Of a stretch of 64,000 bases of DNA, positions 18,902-28,424 are shown in pieces (the first letter of the stretch is position 1; each line of letters begins with the position of its first letter). The position numbers and the translations under genes are program-made. The stretch lies in contig JAJDAG010000150.1 in NCBI GenBank assembly GCA_029262005.1, forward strand, positions 20,248 to 84,247. The letters are read 5' to 3'. The stretch is from Candidatus Zhuqueibacterota bacterium (GTDB lineage Bacteria > Zhuqueibacterota > Zhuqueibacteria > Oceanimicrobiales > Oceanimicrobiaceae). A model generated the notes under the pieces. It ran no database searches and had not been told where the DNA came from. It worked only from the letters and a program-made list of their open reading frames with translations.

Positions 18902-19194
18902 TTTTTCTTCTTCAATCCAATCAGAAAAATGTTGAATGATTTTTTAATCGTGATGGAATCTCATCTTTCACCTCGACTTATTGATGGAGACCGTCACCCA
19001 AATCCGGGAATGTTAACAATAAAATGATGCGGGTGCGGCCGTAGTAACTTACATCTCGATCACAATGCTTTTCTTCGCAAGATCGGCTTTATTTCTTGGT
19101 TGGTACGGTCAATCGATCTGTAGATGGAATGGCCAAACCAGGCCTTAAGAACTCACCGATTTGAGCCTCACTCTTCACCCCGACTCTTTCAACC

Positions 19195-20532
19195 TTACTC
19201 GGGAGATGCGTATTCAAACAACTTCCGTCCGAGATAAACAACGGATGCTGAACTCCATCCGTGAAGCGGAACTACAGAATATCGCTCACGCGGCAGATTG
19301 ATATTTCCTTCGACTACGTTATACTTCTCCCAGAGCTTACCGGTTTGCTCATAAACATTCAACTGAACCTCAAGATATTTGCAGGCTAATCGATTTGCTT
19401 CTTTATAATAACCGTAGCGCTCCAGTGAATCAATCACAACAATCTGAGATGGCGGCCAACCGTTCGGATAATCCCATTGGAGCGCTTTGAATTCAGGATG
19501 AGGACTTGGGTAAACCCTGTCCGTCTGCGGCAATCCATAAGGCTGTTCAAAACGACTGAGATTCTGCACCATTTTCTCGGCTTGCTTTGCCGTAGCAACA
19601 CCTGCCCACATTGCCCAGTAAGCCGCAAGCGACCAATAGGGCAATTGCGTTTTTTCCTCATATTGAAACTCAAAGAAAAAGCCTTTTTCTTCGCGCCAAC
19701 AGTATTCACGTATTCTCTCAGCTCGTTTTTCTGCTTCCTCATCCCATTTCTTGCCTTCTTTCTGCCAACCGATTTCCCGGGCTATCCAGGAAAGTGTTTT
19801 TGCGTAGCGGACAAGCGCACAATTGGTCATTAGCGGATTGCATTTTCGGATATCACCATCATATATAGCCGTAAAATCAAGTGATTCGGCTTCTGCAGCC
19901 AACTCCTGTCGCAGCCGATTTTGACTTAATCCAAACTGAGCCGAATCTCCTTTGAAAATATCGGGATCCGTTAAATCCCGATTCGTGGCCAACCCGGTGG
20001 GCGTTTGATGGTGCGCAGCCAGCCAATATCCCATATACTCTTTTTTCAAAACGGGAAATGCTCTCACCAGGAAGTCACGATCTTGTGTATGCTCAAAATA
20101 GAGCTTGACGCTCAAAGGATGAACCGGCGTCTGGCTGCGGCCGAGGTAATAGCTTCGATTGCCATTCAGTACCATACCATAGCGTTCAATCATAAAAAGC
20201 TGGTTGAGGATATGATTTTGAATGATGTCATAGCGGTCGTGTGCGGCCAGAGCGAGGTTGGTGAAGTATGTGTCCCAGCAATACATCTCCGGAAAATTTC
20301 CTTCACTGCCACCGGCTGCAGTATATGGAAATGGCAGATAGAGCAGGGTCGCTTCGTTTTCCTCTGACTCCTGACGCTCTTGCTCGCGATGTTCTTCATC
20401 GGCGTACCAGATTCTATTCAAATCCGGATCGCGAATTTCAGCTTCGCGTGCCTGGGTTACATCGGCATCCCACCAGTCACGAATTTCCTGATCCAGCGAT
20501 CGCCACTGACTTTCTATTTCATTTAGATTCAT
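19195..20532 (-). CDS. GH37 trehalase-like glycoside hydrolase, cytoplasmic
   Basis: 445 aa with both trehalase signature-like motifs: GGSEGNFPEMYCWDTYF and QWDYPNGWPPSQ. No signal peptide. Confidence 0.7.
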   Translation of the reverse strand: MNLNEIESQWRSLDQEIRDWWDADVTQAREAEIRDPDLNRIWYADEEHREQERQESEENEATLLYLPFPYTAAGGSEGNFPEMYCWDTYFTNLALAAHDRYDIIQNHILNQLFMIERYGMVLNGNRSYYLGRSQTPVHPLSVKLYFEHTQDRDFLVRAFPVLKKEYMGYWLAAHHQTPTGLATNRDLTDPDIFKGDSAQFGLSQNRLRQELAAEAESLDFTAIYDGDIRKCNPLMTNCALVRYAKTLSWIAREIGWQKEGKKWDEEAEKRAERIREYCWREEKGFFFEFQYEEKTQLPYWSLAAYWAMWAGVATAKQAEKMVQNLSRFEQPYGLPQTDRVYPSPHPEFKALQWDYPNGWPPSQIVVIDSLERYGYYKEANRLACKYLEVQLNVYEQTGKLWEKYNVVEGNINLPRERYSVVPLHGWSSASVVYLGRKLFEYASPE

Positions 20533-20570
20533 TTAGACTTTATCAACGCTCCCAAACTTGGGACATCTAA

Positions 20571-22877
20571 TCAGACCTTCCACATGATGGTGTCATCGAT
20601 TCCGGGCTCCACATGGCGGTATTTTTCCATGAGTTCAATCTTTCGCTTTACCAGCGCACCCATGTTCTCGCCATAAATATAGCTCGTCTCACCCGATTTT
20701 GATACGACCATAAAATTGACATTACTGGACTCCCACAGCTCAAGCAAATCTTTAGCGTTCTGAATTTCCCTGGTTATCATCACATCCAGATATTTACGCC
20801 AAGCGCTTCTTTCGTCAGCGTTATCAGCGGCCCGATAGCCATAAACGCCTGCCACCCATGCAGCCACACTGCGTTGGGTGAAAATCCAACAGCGCAGGCC
20901 CCTCAGACGATCTCTTTGATCGATAAAAACCTGGCGGGCTTCCTGAGAGGTGGCGGCATCATCAATTACCTGGCCTGCCAATTCAATGGCTGAATCAAGC
21001 TTGCCAAGCACATTGTCATCAACCCGCTGCGCAAACTTCTCTCCATACTCTTGTGATATCAAATCGAACAGAACGTCCCTGCCCAGATCCACGAGGTTGG
21101 TGTTGTTATCCGAACTCACCAGAAAATCTTCGTAATACATCCGATCGTTCTCCGGCACTGCCTGCAAATCCGGGATGATTGGACGGACCCAAACACGCAA
21201 CCAGACAAAACCAAAATGTGAATATAACGGCAAAGGCGGCATCCAGCGAATCGCTTCTTCAGCATGTTTCCAAACTTCGACAAGTCTGTCGCAATTGGGC
21301 GCACCAACCCAATCCGTTGCTTTTTTCCTGATAAATTCAGCAATGTCCATTTTGGGATCGAGGGAAAAAGCTCGAAAGACTTCCTGGTTTATGTGATATG
21401 GCGCCAATGCGGATGGTGTAAATCCCCCTAAATTGGCGGCATATTCTACGCCCCTGTCTACCATTGCCTGCAATTTTTGATGTAACAGTCCTGGAAAGGG
21501 AATGCCCACGAGTGGCTCCAAACTATAGCCATTGCCTTGCGAATAAATCAGATGAGAATTTACGCCCTTCGCTTTGTGCTGCTCGATCATTTTGTTTTCT
21601 TGGGCATCCATCTTTATATGCTGAATGCCGCCGGCCACGCCGGTAATATCCGGATACTTGTCATGATGATATGGCAAATCATAGCCACGCACCAACAGCG
21701 AAGGCAGCTCAACATCCAAACGTTCTTCGAGGTGATTTAGAATAAAATCGTGCTCAACCTTAAACGGTTCGAGCCGCAGCGTCACCCGGAAGTCCGGATT
21801 TATTTCAGATGCCGCATCGCGTAAAATCTTCATAAAGTGCACAATATTTTTACCGGCGACCTCAGCAATCTGCTCATGTGTTCGCCATTCCCGGATCAAA
21901 TACGGGCCACCGTTTCGTCCGACATAAAGTGAACTTGTGTACTCAAATCCGGCGCCGCTATCGTTGCTCCAAACGCTCATGTAGGCCAAATCCGGAACTT
22001 GCTGCAATATCTTCTGCAACATTTCGCTGTAGTGCGCCTGAACCTTCGGATGGGAATGGGTCAACGTATAACGCGGCAATCGGCTGCGAAACGGATGATC
22101 GACACGTGCCCCGCGTAAGGTAGGGTATTTTTGTAGCAGCCTTTCAGGTACGGTTCGAGGTTCGAAACAAAGGAGGCCTGGTTCGAGACCATATTTTCGA
22201 CCAAAGTGAGCATATCTTTTCAATAAATCTAAATTGGCTGTTAGATAATCCTGAGGATAAATGCCCTTGTTTAATTCACTATAAACATACTGGTCCAGCG
22301 CCATGCAATAAGAATAAAATTGCGAGTAAAATTCCCCGGGAACTGCCTCCTCATGCGATACCGGCTGGGCCAGGCCATTTACTTCAATGTGGGTATACCC
22401 TGTCCGTGCTAACTCCCTGATATGTTGTTCAGGATCCACATTTCGAGCAGTGCGCCAGGTTTGCGTGAGCACATAATCAAACAAGGGGCGGTGCCAGCGG
22501 AATGCCGTAGAATGATAGGTTCCGTTTTTGAAAGTAGCCACAGGCTGTTCAACCCACTCTTCCACGAGGCGCGTTGTGTAAGCGTACAAAATGGATGGAT
22601 GAGAGACAATCAATTCGCCGGTACCATCCTCGTCCAGGCGAAAATAAGCCCAATGCTTATCTTTTGGTGCACCTTTCTTAATGCTATCGATGGGGAAATC
22701 AGCATTGCCGGCGACTGCTAGTTTAAAGATACCAGACGATTCAGCAGGGAAGCTTTTCGAATGAACATCGAGATTAAAAATAGTTTTGACTTCACCGGCA
22801 CTTGTGTCTTCTACCGGCAATGGTTTGTCGGGAATCTGAATAATTTTCGTTTTCCGTAAAGCATCCGAGACTGTCAT
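20571..22877 (-). CDS. Large uncharacterised protein (768 aa), possibly carbohydrate-active
   Basis: Uninterrupted 2.3-kb ORF (TTG-ATG; ATG at 22877 used). I recognise no motif. Its context lies between the trehalase-like gene and the sugar operon. Confidence 0.55.
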   Translation of the reverse strand: MTVSDALRKTKIIQIPDKPLPVEDTSAGEVKTIFNLDVHSKSFPAESSGIFKLAVAGNADFPIDSIKKGAPKDKHWAYFRLDEDGTGELIVSHPSILYAYTTRLVEEWVEQPVATFKNGTYHSTAFRWHRPLFDYVLTQTWRTARNVDPEQHIRELARTGYTHIEVNGLAQPVSHEEAVPGEFYSQFYSYCMALDQYVYSELNKGIYPQDYLTANLDLLKRYAHFGRKYGLEPGLLCFEPRTVPERLLQKYPTLRGARVDHPFRSRLPRYTLTHSHPKVQAHYSEMLQKILQQVPDLAYMSVWSNDSGAGFEYTSSLYVGRNGGPYLIREWRTHEQIAEVAGKNIVHFMKILRDAASEINPDFRVTLRLEPFKVEHDFILNHLEERLDVELPSLLVRGYDLPYHHDKYPDITGVAGGIQHIKMDAQENKMIEQHKAKGVNSHLIYSQGNGYSLEPLVGIPFPGLLHQKLQAMVDRGVEYAANLGGFTPSALAPYHINQEVFRAFSLDPKMDIAEFIRKKATDWVGAPNCDRLVEVWKHAEEAIRWMPPLPLYSHFGFVWLRVWVRPIIPDLQAVPENDRMYYEDFLVSSDNNTNLVDLGRDVLFDLISQEYGEKFAQRVDDNVLGKLDSAIELAGQVIDDAATSQEARQVFIDQRDRLRGLRCWIFTQRSVAAWVAGVYGYRAADNADERSAWRKYLDVMITREIQNAKDLLELWESSNVNFMVVSKSGETSYIYGENMGALVKRKIELMEKYRHVEPGIDDTIMWKV

Positions 22878-22948
22878 CAAGAAACTCCATTCTAGGTGAA
22901 TAATAATTTGATACTTTTGTGCGCTCCTAAAAACTTTGCTGACCCGGA

Positions 22949-23103
22949 GAATTCATCACCACAGAGGCACTGAGCCATATTTCTAAAAATTAAGTGATCT
23001 TGAATTTGTGTTTATACAAAACCAGGTTCTGTAAATCAAAGTGAGTTTAATTACCTTTGCTTAGTGTTCTCTGTGCCTCTGTGCAAATTTTATGGATGAA
23101 TTC
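22949..23103. repeat. About 155-bp imperfect inverted-repeat element (arms GAATTCATC..CACAGAGGCAC / GTGCCTCTGTG..GATGAATTC)
   Basis: CACAGAGGCAC at 22960-22970 and its exact complement GTGCCTCTGTG at 23074-23084. Outer GAATTCATC at 22949-22957 pairs with GATGAATTC at 23095-23103. No ORF lies between. Confidence 0.6.
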
Positions 23104-23145
23104 AACTTGTAGATTTGCAGCACAGAATCAGGAGTGAGACCTGGC

Positions 23146-24213
23146 CTATTTCAACCAATCATCTAAGTGTTCCTTGACAAATTCATCATCGTTCAGGTGC
23201 GGATAGGTTGCATAGATTCGATCAATTTCTGAAAGCTGGCCAGGGGACAATTGTTCATCCGGGTTGAGCGTCCACAAGCCTTGCAGCAAGCCCTGGCGCC
23301 GGAGAATTTCATGAATTCCCGGAATACAGCCCGCAAAATTATTGTGCGGATCAAAAACCGCTGCATTCGCATCTGTAATTTGTTGCCCCAGTGTCAAAAT
23401 ATCAAACAAAGTCTTTTTTTTCGCCTTGCGTACTGCATGAACCGCAGCAAGAAGTTCGACTGCCTTTTTCGTCCAAAAAGCCCAATGGCCTAAAAGCCCG
23501 CCAACTATCCGCACAGTTGCGGTATCAGACTTATCGCCAAAATGAAATTCGCTGAGCAGATCGACAAGGATATTATCGTCGTTGCCGGTATAAAGTGCGA
23601 TCTCATGCGCCCTTCCTGACTCAGCAACAGCTCTAACAACATCCAGTGTGTAATAGCGATTAAACGGCGCTATCTTTATGGCCATTAAATTCTCAATTTC
23701 TACGGCCTGGCGCCAAAAATCACTGTTGAGAATTAAACCACCTACAGAGGGTTGAAGATAAAATCCCATTACAGGAATGACCTCTGAAACGGCGCGTAAA
23801 TGACTTACCAAAGCAGCATTATTGGCGTTCTGCAAGGCGCCAAGACTGACCAGGCCAAGATGGTAACCCAAGTCGGCGGCCAATTTTGCTTCCGCAACTG
23901 CCTGCACAGTGGGGCCGGCAATTCCGGCGATTCGAATGTAAGGTTTTCCAGTTGAGCTTGAAATTGAATCCAAGGTCTCAGCCGCCAAAGTTAAAACAGG
24001 TTTATACAAACCTACCCTGGGTTCACGAATTTCAAATTGTGTTGTGTGTACACCAACAGCAACCCCGCCGGCCCCGGCGGCGCAATAATAGCGTGTGAGT
24101 GCGCACTGCCTTTTCTCGTCTAGTTTGCGGGTACTATTCAATGCCAGCGGGTGGGCAGGAATGACCACACCGTTGCGAAGTTGATCTATAATTTGCTGCG
24201 GTAATGAGGTCAT
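23146..24213 (-). CDS. Dihydrodipicolinate synthase-family (class I aldolase/lyase-like) protein
   Basis: 355 aa with DHDPS-like TIM-barrel features (AGAGGVAVGVHTTQF, MAIKIAPF with candidate Schiff-base Lys). Family-level call only. Confidence 0.6.
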   Translation of the reverse strand: MTSLPQQIIDQLRNGVVIPAHPLALNSTRKLDEKRQCALTRYYCAAGAGGVAVGVHTTQFEIREPRVGLYKPVLTLAAETLDSISSSTGKPYIRIAGIAGPTVQAVAEAKLAADLGYHLGLVSLGALQNANNAALVSHLRAVSEVIPVMGFYLQPSVGGLILNSDFWRQAVEIENLMAIKIAPFNRYYTLDVVRAVAESGRAHEIALYTGNDDNILVDLLSEFHFGDKSDTATVRIVGGLLGHWAFWTKKAVELLAAVHAVRKAKKKTLFDILTLGQQITDANAAVFDPHNNFAGCIPGIHEILRRQGLLQGLWTLNPDEQLSPGQLSEIDRIYATYPHLNDDEFVKEHLDDWLK

Positions 24214-24287
24214 CTTTCAGGCTCTGAGATATTCCGGTTCTTAGGCATCGGGACAATACTGACCATTCATTGTTCTTAATCTTGATT

Positions 24288-25340
24288 TTAAAATTTGCCA
24301 TCCCGGGTTTCAAAATGAGTCGGCTTACCCAGGCCCGGCAAGCCTTGCTGCACCCAAAAAGCAGTCCACCTGATCATGTCGGGCAAGTTAACTGTTGTGT
24401 CACCCAATAACTTTTTTGAGAGACTTGCATCGCTCAAGAGCGCCGTTTCTGCTTCAGTTCCATCGAAAACAGGCTTAAGATTAAATATTTCGCCGAATTG
24501 CTCGGCGAGCGTACGAATTGAAAGTATTTCCGAACCCGTTACATTGAGAACAAATGGCGGTGTTTTCGCCAATTCAAGAGAACGCAGCGTGATCGAATTG
24601 GCATCTCCCTGCCAGATAACATTCGCATGGCCCATAGTAAGGTCGATGGGCTGTTGCGCCAAAACTCTTTGCGCCACATCATGCAGAACACCGTAACGAA
24701 GATCGATTGCATAGTTGAGCCGGATAATGCTGCAAGGAATTTGCTGCTGTCGCGAAAAATGTTCGAATATCCGCTCACGGCCAAGTACGGATTGGGCATA
24801 TTCACCGATTGGGCCAACAGGAGCAGTTTCTTTGCAGCCGCCTGAGCTAACCGATGTGAGTGGATAAACATTGCCACTTGAGAATACAGCAAAACGCGAA
24901 TCTTTAAACCGTTTAGCAATGAGACCCGAGAGATAAACATTGAGTGCCCAGGTTTCGGCTTCTTTGCCTGTCGACCCAAATTTGGTTCCCACCATATAAA
25001 CGACGTTTTTAACATCGGGAAGCTTCGCAACATCCGATTCATTCATGAGATCACAGGCAATTATTTCGACGCCCGCTTTCGTCAGTTCCTCCCTGCCCGC
25101 CTGGTTTGAAAAACGGGAGACAGCAATAATTTTCTTATTGACACCTGCCTGTTCTGCAGCGCGTTTTGCAAGGTTTGCCAACGATATGCCCATCTTGCCG
25201 CCGGCACCAAGTATCAGAAAATCGCCGGATATCGTTTTCATCATCTTGATGAGCGGGTCCGTTGGCGTTGTCATGCACGCATCCAATTCATGGACATTAT
25301 TAATCAGCTCCGGAAGCGTCATTGATTTTTCTTTCTTCAT
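24288..25340 (-). CDS. NAD-dependent epimerase/dehydratase-family (extended SDR) protein
   Basis: 350 aa with Rossmann motif ILGAGGKMG. The start is uncertain (alternative ATG at 25322). Confidence 0.7.
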   Translation of the reverse strand: MKKEKSMTLPELINNVHELDACMTTPTDPLIKMMKTISGDFLILGAGGKMGISLANLAKRAAEQAGVNKKIIAVSRFSNQAGREELTKAGVEIIACDLMNESDVAKLPDVKNVVYMVGTKFGSTGKEAETWALNVYLSGLIAKRFKDSRFAVFSSGNVYPLTSVSSGGCKETAPVGPIGEYAQSVLGRERIFEHFSRQQQIPCSIIRLNYAIDLRYGVLHDVAQRVLAQQPIDLTMGHANVIWQGDANSITLRSLELAKTPPFVLNVTGSEILSIRTLAEQFGEIFNLKPVFDGTEAETALLSDASLSKKLLGDTTVNLPDMIRWTAFWVQQGLPGLGKPTHFETRDGKF

Positions 25341-25410
25341 TCGGACACTAACCTTGAAAATTCATAAACTACGAAGGACAAGAAGAAATTAATTTACTTG
25401 TCATGCACGC

Positions 25411-26607
25411 CTATTTGACAATGTGCCTGATTTTTTCCCAAACATCAATTGAGTAAGTGGGACGCCAGCTTTTTTCCAGAAAATCTAATGTAACAGGCTT
25501 GAGATTCGCTAGAAGCGCTTTGGTTTCGCCATAAGTCCCAATCCCACTTACGGTATCGAGTGCACGCAGATTCTGATATCCAAGGCAGTTGCCCCATCTC
25601 AATGTTTCCTCGGCAGATTTTCCGCGCAATAATGCCGCGAGAATGCCCGCTGCTGCGGAATCGCCGGCACCGGTGGCAGATTGAATATTCTCAACTTCAT
25701 AAGCTGCCCCCCACAATTCCCGATTCGACCAAGCCTTGACATTATTTTTTTTTAGTACCCGGACTTCCCGTATTCTATCTTCAGCAGCGGTCTTCAAATA
25801 CATGCCGCGTTGACCGGCTTTTAAAAATACAGCATTACAGCCAAACCCCAGGAGTTTCTGAGAAACCTCATGATATACACTCAACGGAACACCCTCCACA
25901 AAATCATCACTTTCCTCGCGAACGGTTTGCCATTGTTTCCGGTCTAAAAACAATAACATCTCCTCAATACTTGGCATAAAAAAATCCACATGCGGCAACA
26001 CATTCCTGAACCACGCATGCCAATGAATCCTACCAGCCTCGCTGTCGGGATCGGTCAGTGCCATATCGACTGAAGTAGAGACTCCCATCAACTTGACTTT
26101 CTTAAGGATATTCGCGAGCTCCAGGCCATCATCACGAAAAAGAGACTGCATAATTGACGGATAACCAAGATGGAACAGACGTGCTGAAGAAACGATTTCC
26201 CATCTAATATTCTCGCTTGTGAAGTAGTTATTGCAGCCTGAACTGTGCAAAATTATGCGGTCTTCAGGAGGGATTACCAGAATAACCGAATATGAACTGC
26301 CAATCTCATTATTCTGAAAAAATCCGTCAACGCTACCATACTTTGACATTATTTTTATGATGAGCTCGCCAAAGCCATCCCGGCCAACAGATGACATATA
26401 GCTGACCTTATAACCCAGCTTGCTGAGTGCAATGCCGGTATTTGATACGGCACCACCTGTGCTGAGAACAGCGTCTCCTACCTTGTGCAGCTTGCCCGGT
26501 TGTAAGAATACTTTAATGTCATGCCCGGCAATGCCGTCAAATTTTGGCGTAATATCGAGGCAAATATGACCCGCAACGACCACATCAAAATCATCTGAAG
26601 GCATCAT
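25411..26607 (-). CDS. PfkB/ribokinase-family sugar (phosphate) kinase
   Basis: 398 aa: VVVAGHICLDI, TGGAVSNTG, C-terminal GAGDSAAAG anion-hole motif. Confidence 0.85.
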   Translation of the reverse strand: MMPSDDFDVVVAGHICLDITPKFDGIAGHDIKVFLQPGKLHKVGDAVLSTGGAVSNTGIALSKLGYKVSYMSSVGRDGFGELIIKIMSKYGSVDGFFQNNEIGSSYSVILVIPPEDRIILHSSGCNNYFTSENIRWEIVSSARLFHLGYPSIMQSLFRDDGLELANILKKVKLMGVSTSVDMALTDPDSEAGRIHWHAWFRNVLPHVDFFMPSIEEMLLFLDRKQWQTVREESDDFVEGVPLSVYHEVSQKLLGFGCNAVFLKAGQRGMYLKTAAEDRIREVRVLKKNNVKAWSNRELWGAAYEVENIQSATGAGDSAAAGILAALLRGKSAEETLRWGNCLGYQNLRALDTVSGIGTYGETKALLANLKPVTLDFLEKSWRPTYSIDVWEKIRHIVK

Positions 26608-26612
26608 GGCAC

Positions 26613-27701
26613 CTAAGGTGAAAACACTAATTCACGATTTTGAATCTTACTTGTCAAACTTGAAACTGCCGTTTTTCCAGATGCAACACCAAGAAAAAGA
26701 ACAGACTCCTGTGTTTCTCCCGGCTTAAGAACACGCAGATTACCTTGTTGCCGCTCCGCTTCTCTGCCAAGAACGAGACAATTTGCCGGCTCCAGTCCCA
26801 GTACGTATTCCTTTAAACCCATCTGTTTCCACTCAATGAAATTATTCAGTTCCTTTTTGCGAAAAGAAACAAACCCGGCTAAATCCAGATCTTCATTAGC
26901 GATTGCTGCTGTGGCAAAGCCTTTGGAATCAGCATGTAAATCATAAAAATAGACTTGTTCAGCAAATCCCGCCTGCGGCGATTGCATAACCAATCGGTCA
27001 TCCAGGCCAATTTTGGCGGCTTCATCGCGGGGTCGAACTGATTTCTGGCAGAGAATCAACTGCGAGCCCTCTGCCACCAGAGGAAAGCCAAAATTGCAAT
27101 GGTAAAGCAACATGAAAGGCGCTTCACGCTCACCTAAGTTCTCGATCTTATCAACGATCTGCACATAATTGTTGCCAAGCCGGGTGCTGAAGCGGCGAGT
27201 TAAAGAGATATCGTATCCGAAAAAAGAGGTTTCGCGGATGCTTGCCTCAAGCCAAAGCTCATAGTCATCACCACGCCATTTACCCCCATAACCGATTAAA
27301 TTGGCCTGTAAATTAGAAGCGCGGCCGTGCATCTCATATTGTCCCAGCTCATCTTTTCCAGGCGGTCCAACATTGGAAAATCCACAGGTATTGAGCCAGC
27401 CACCATGAAAATTGCGCAGCCAGCCGGCGTTCTCAGGCTCATAATGGGCAGGATGCCGAATGCCACTCCCTGATTGAAAAGCCAGTGGGACACCCTGGTA
27501 GGCCGCATCGTGAATATCAAGGCCACGATCGAGTAAAACCGTGAAATTAAAACCAGAGCCGGTTTTAAATTCAGCCAGGCGAACGCCACGGCCCGGGCCA
27601 TCGCTCAATTCTGCAAGCCGGATATCAGCAACTTGGGATATGTCACCAATTTGCCGCAGAAGCTCGTCCTTCTTCCACTTCTTTCCGAACAGCTCACACA
27701 T
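26613..27701 (-). CDS. Galactose-mutarotase-like protein (DUF4432-type aldose epimerase family)
   Basis: 362 aa with mutarotase-fold-like motifs (EMHGRAS, LLYHCNFGFP, GLEPAN). Recalled from memory as DUF4432-like. Confidence 0.6.
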   Translation of the reverse strand: MCELFGKKWKKDELLRQIGDISQVADIRLAELSDGPGRGVRLAEFKTGSGFNFTVLLDRGLDIHDAAYQGVPLAFQSGSGIRHPAHYEPENAGWLRNFHGGWLNTCGFSNVGPPGKDELGQYEMHGRASNLQANLIGYGGKWRGDDYELWLEASIRETSFFGYDISLTRRFSTRLGNNYVQIVDKIENLGEREAPFMLLYHCNFGFPLVAEGSQLILCQKSVRPRDEAAKIGLDDRLVMQSPQAGFAEQVYFYDLHADSKGFATAAIANEDLDLAGFVSFRKKELNNFIEWKQMGLKEYVLGLEPANCLVLGREAERQQGNLRVLKPGETQESVLFLGVASGKTAVSSLTSKIQNRELVFSP

Positions 27702-27709
27702 ATAAATTC

Positions 27710-28384
27710 TTATTCGCCAGGATACTCATTGCAGAGGCAATAGAGCGCAGGCTCGTCCTCCTCGATTTGTGGAAAACGACCAATAGGATCTAAAAAACGA
27801 TTATCCTTTTCGTCGTCATTTACACGCGACACCTCGCCCACAAGCACGGCACCTTTCCCCTCTTCGCCATAAAATTTATGGTAAAGATAAGGTGGAAGCG
27901 TCACACTTTCTCCAGGCTTCAATATGATGCTGCTTCCGGGCGCTACGCTTTTTGTGATACCATCCACCTGGACTGTCACGGCTGTATCCGCCAACAATTC
28001 GTCTTCTGTGGAATTACAAAGCTCAACCACAAGGTTACCACCGCCTCTGTTAATGATATCTTCCATTTTCAGCCAATGAAAATGCCACGGCGTAAGCTGC
28101 CCCTCACGCACAATCATAATTTTTTCCGCGTAGGTCTTACTTTGAGCAGAATCTGTCTTGCCATTACGAATCGTAAAAAGGAGTAGACCTTTTTTATGAA
28201 AATCACCTTGTCCAAAATCTGTCAAATCCCAGCCGAGTTTGTTGTTGATCACTTCGGCTGCCAGACTTGCATTGCGTTGCCAATCGTTAACTGACCAGAA
28301 CGCCCATGGCGGCAAATAAAATTTTTGTTCTTCAAAAAATGATACTGCGTCTTTTTGCAGTGCATTAATTTCTGAGCGTTTCAT
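27710..28384 (-). CDS. D-lyxose/D-mannose isomerase-like cupin
   Basis: 224 aa with the diagnostic-looking stretch QLTPWHFHWLKMEDIINRGGG plus a downstream H (YLYHKF) for the metal site. Confidence 0.75.
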   Translation of the reverse strand: MKRSEINALQKDAVSFFEEQKFYLPPWAFWSVNDWQRNASLAAEVINNKLGWDLTDFGQGDFHKKGLLLFTIRNGKTDSAQSKTYAEKIMIVREGQLTPWHFHWLKMEDIINRGGGNLVVELCNSTEDELLADTAVTVQVDGITKSVAPGSSIILKPGESVTLPPYLYHKFYGEEGKGAVLVGEVSRVNDDEKDNRFLDPIGRFPQIEEDEPALYCLCNEYPGE

Positions 28385-28424
28385 AATGCTCTCTGATGCG
28401 TATGCCCTGTATAATTTCTACCAG

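Noticed and set aside
22151-22190. GGTTCGAGGTTCGAAAC..GGTTCGAGACC strings resembling tRNA T-arms
   Set aside because: They lie inside the 768-aa CDS in frame. No acceptor or anticodon arms can be drawn around them.
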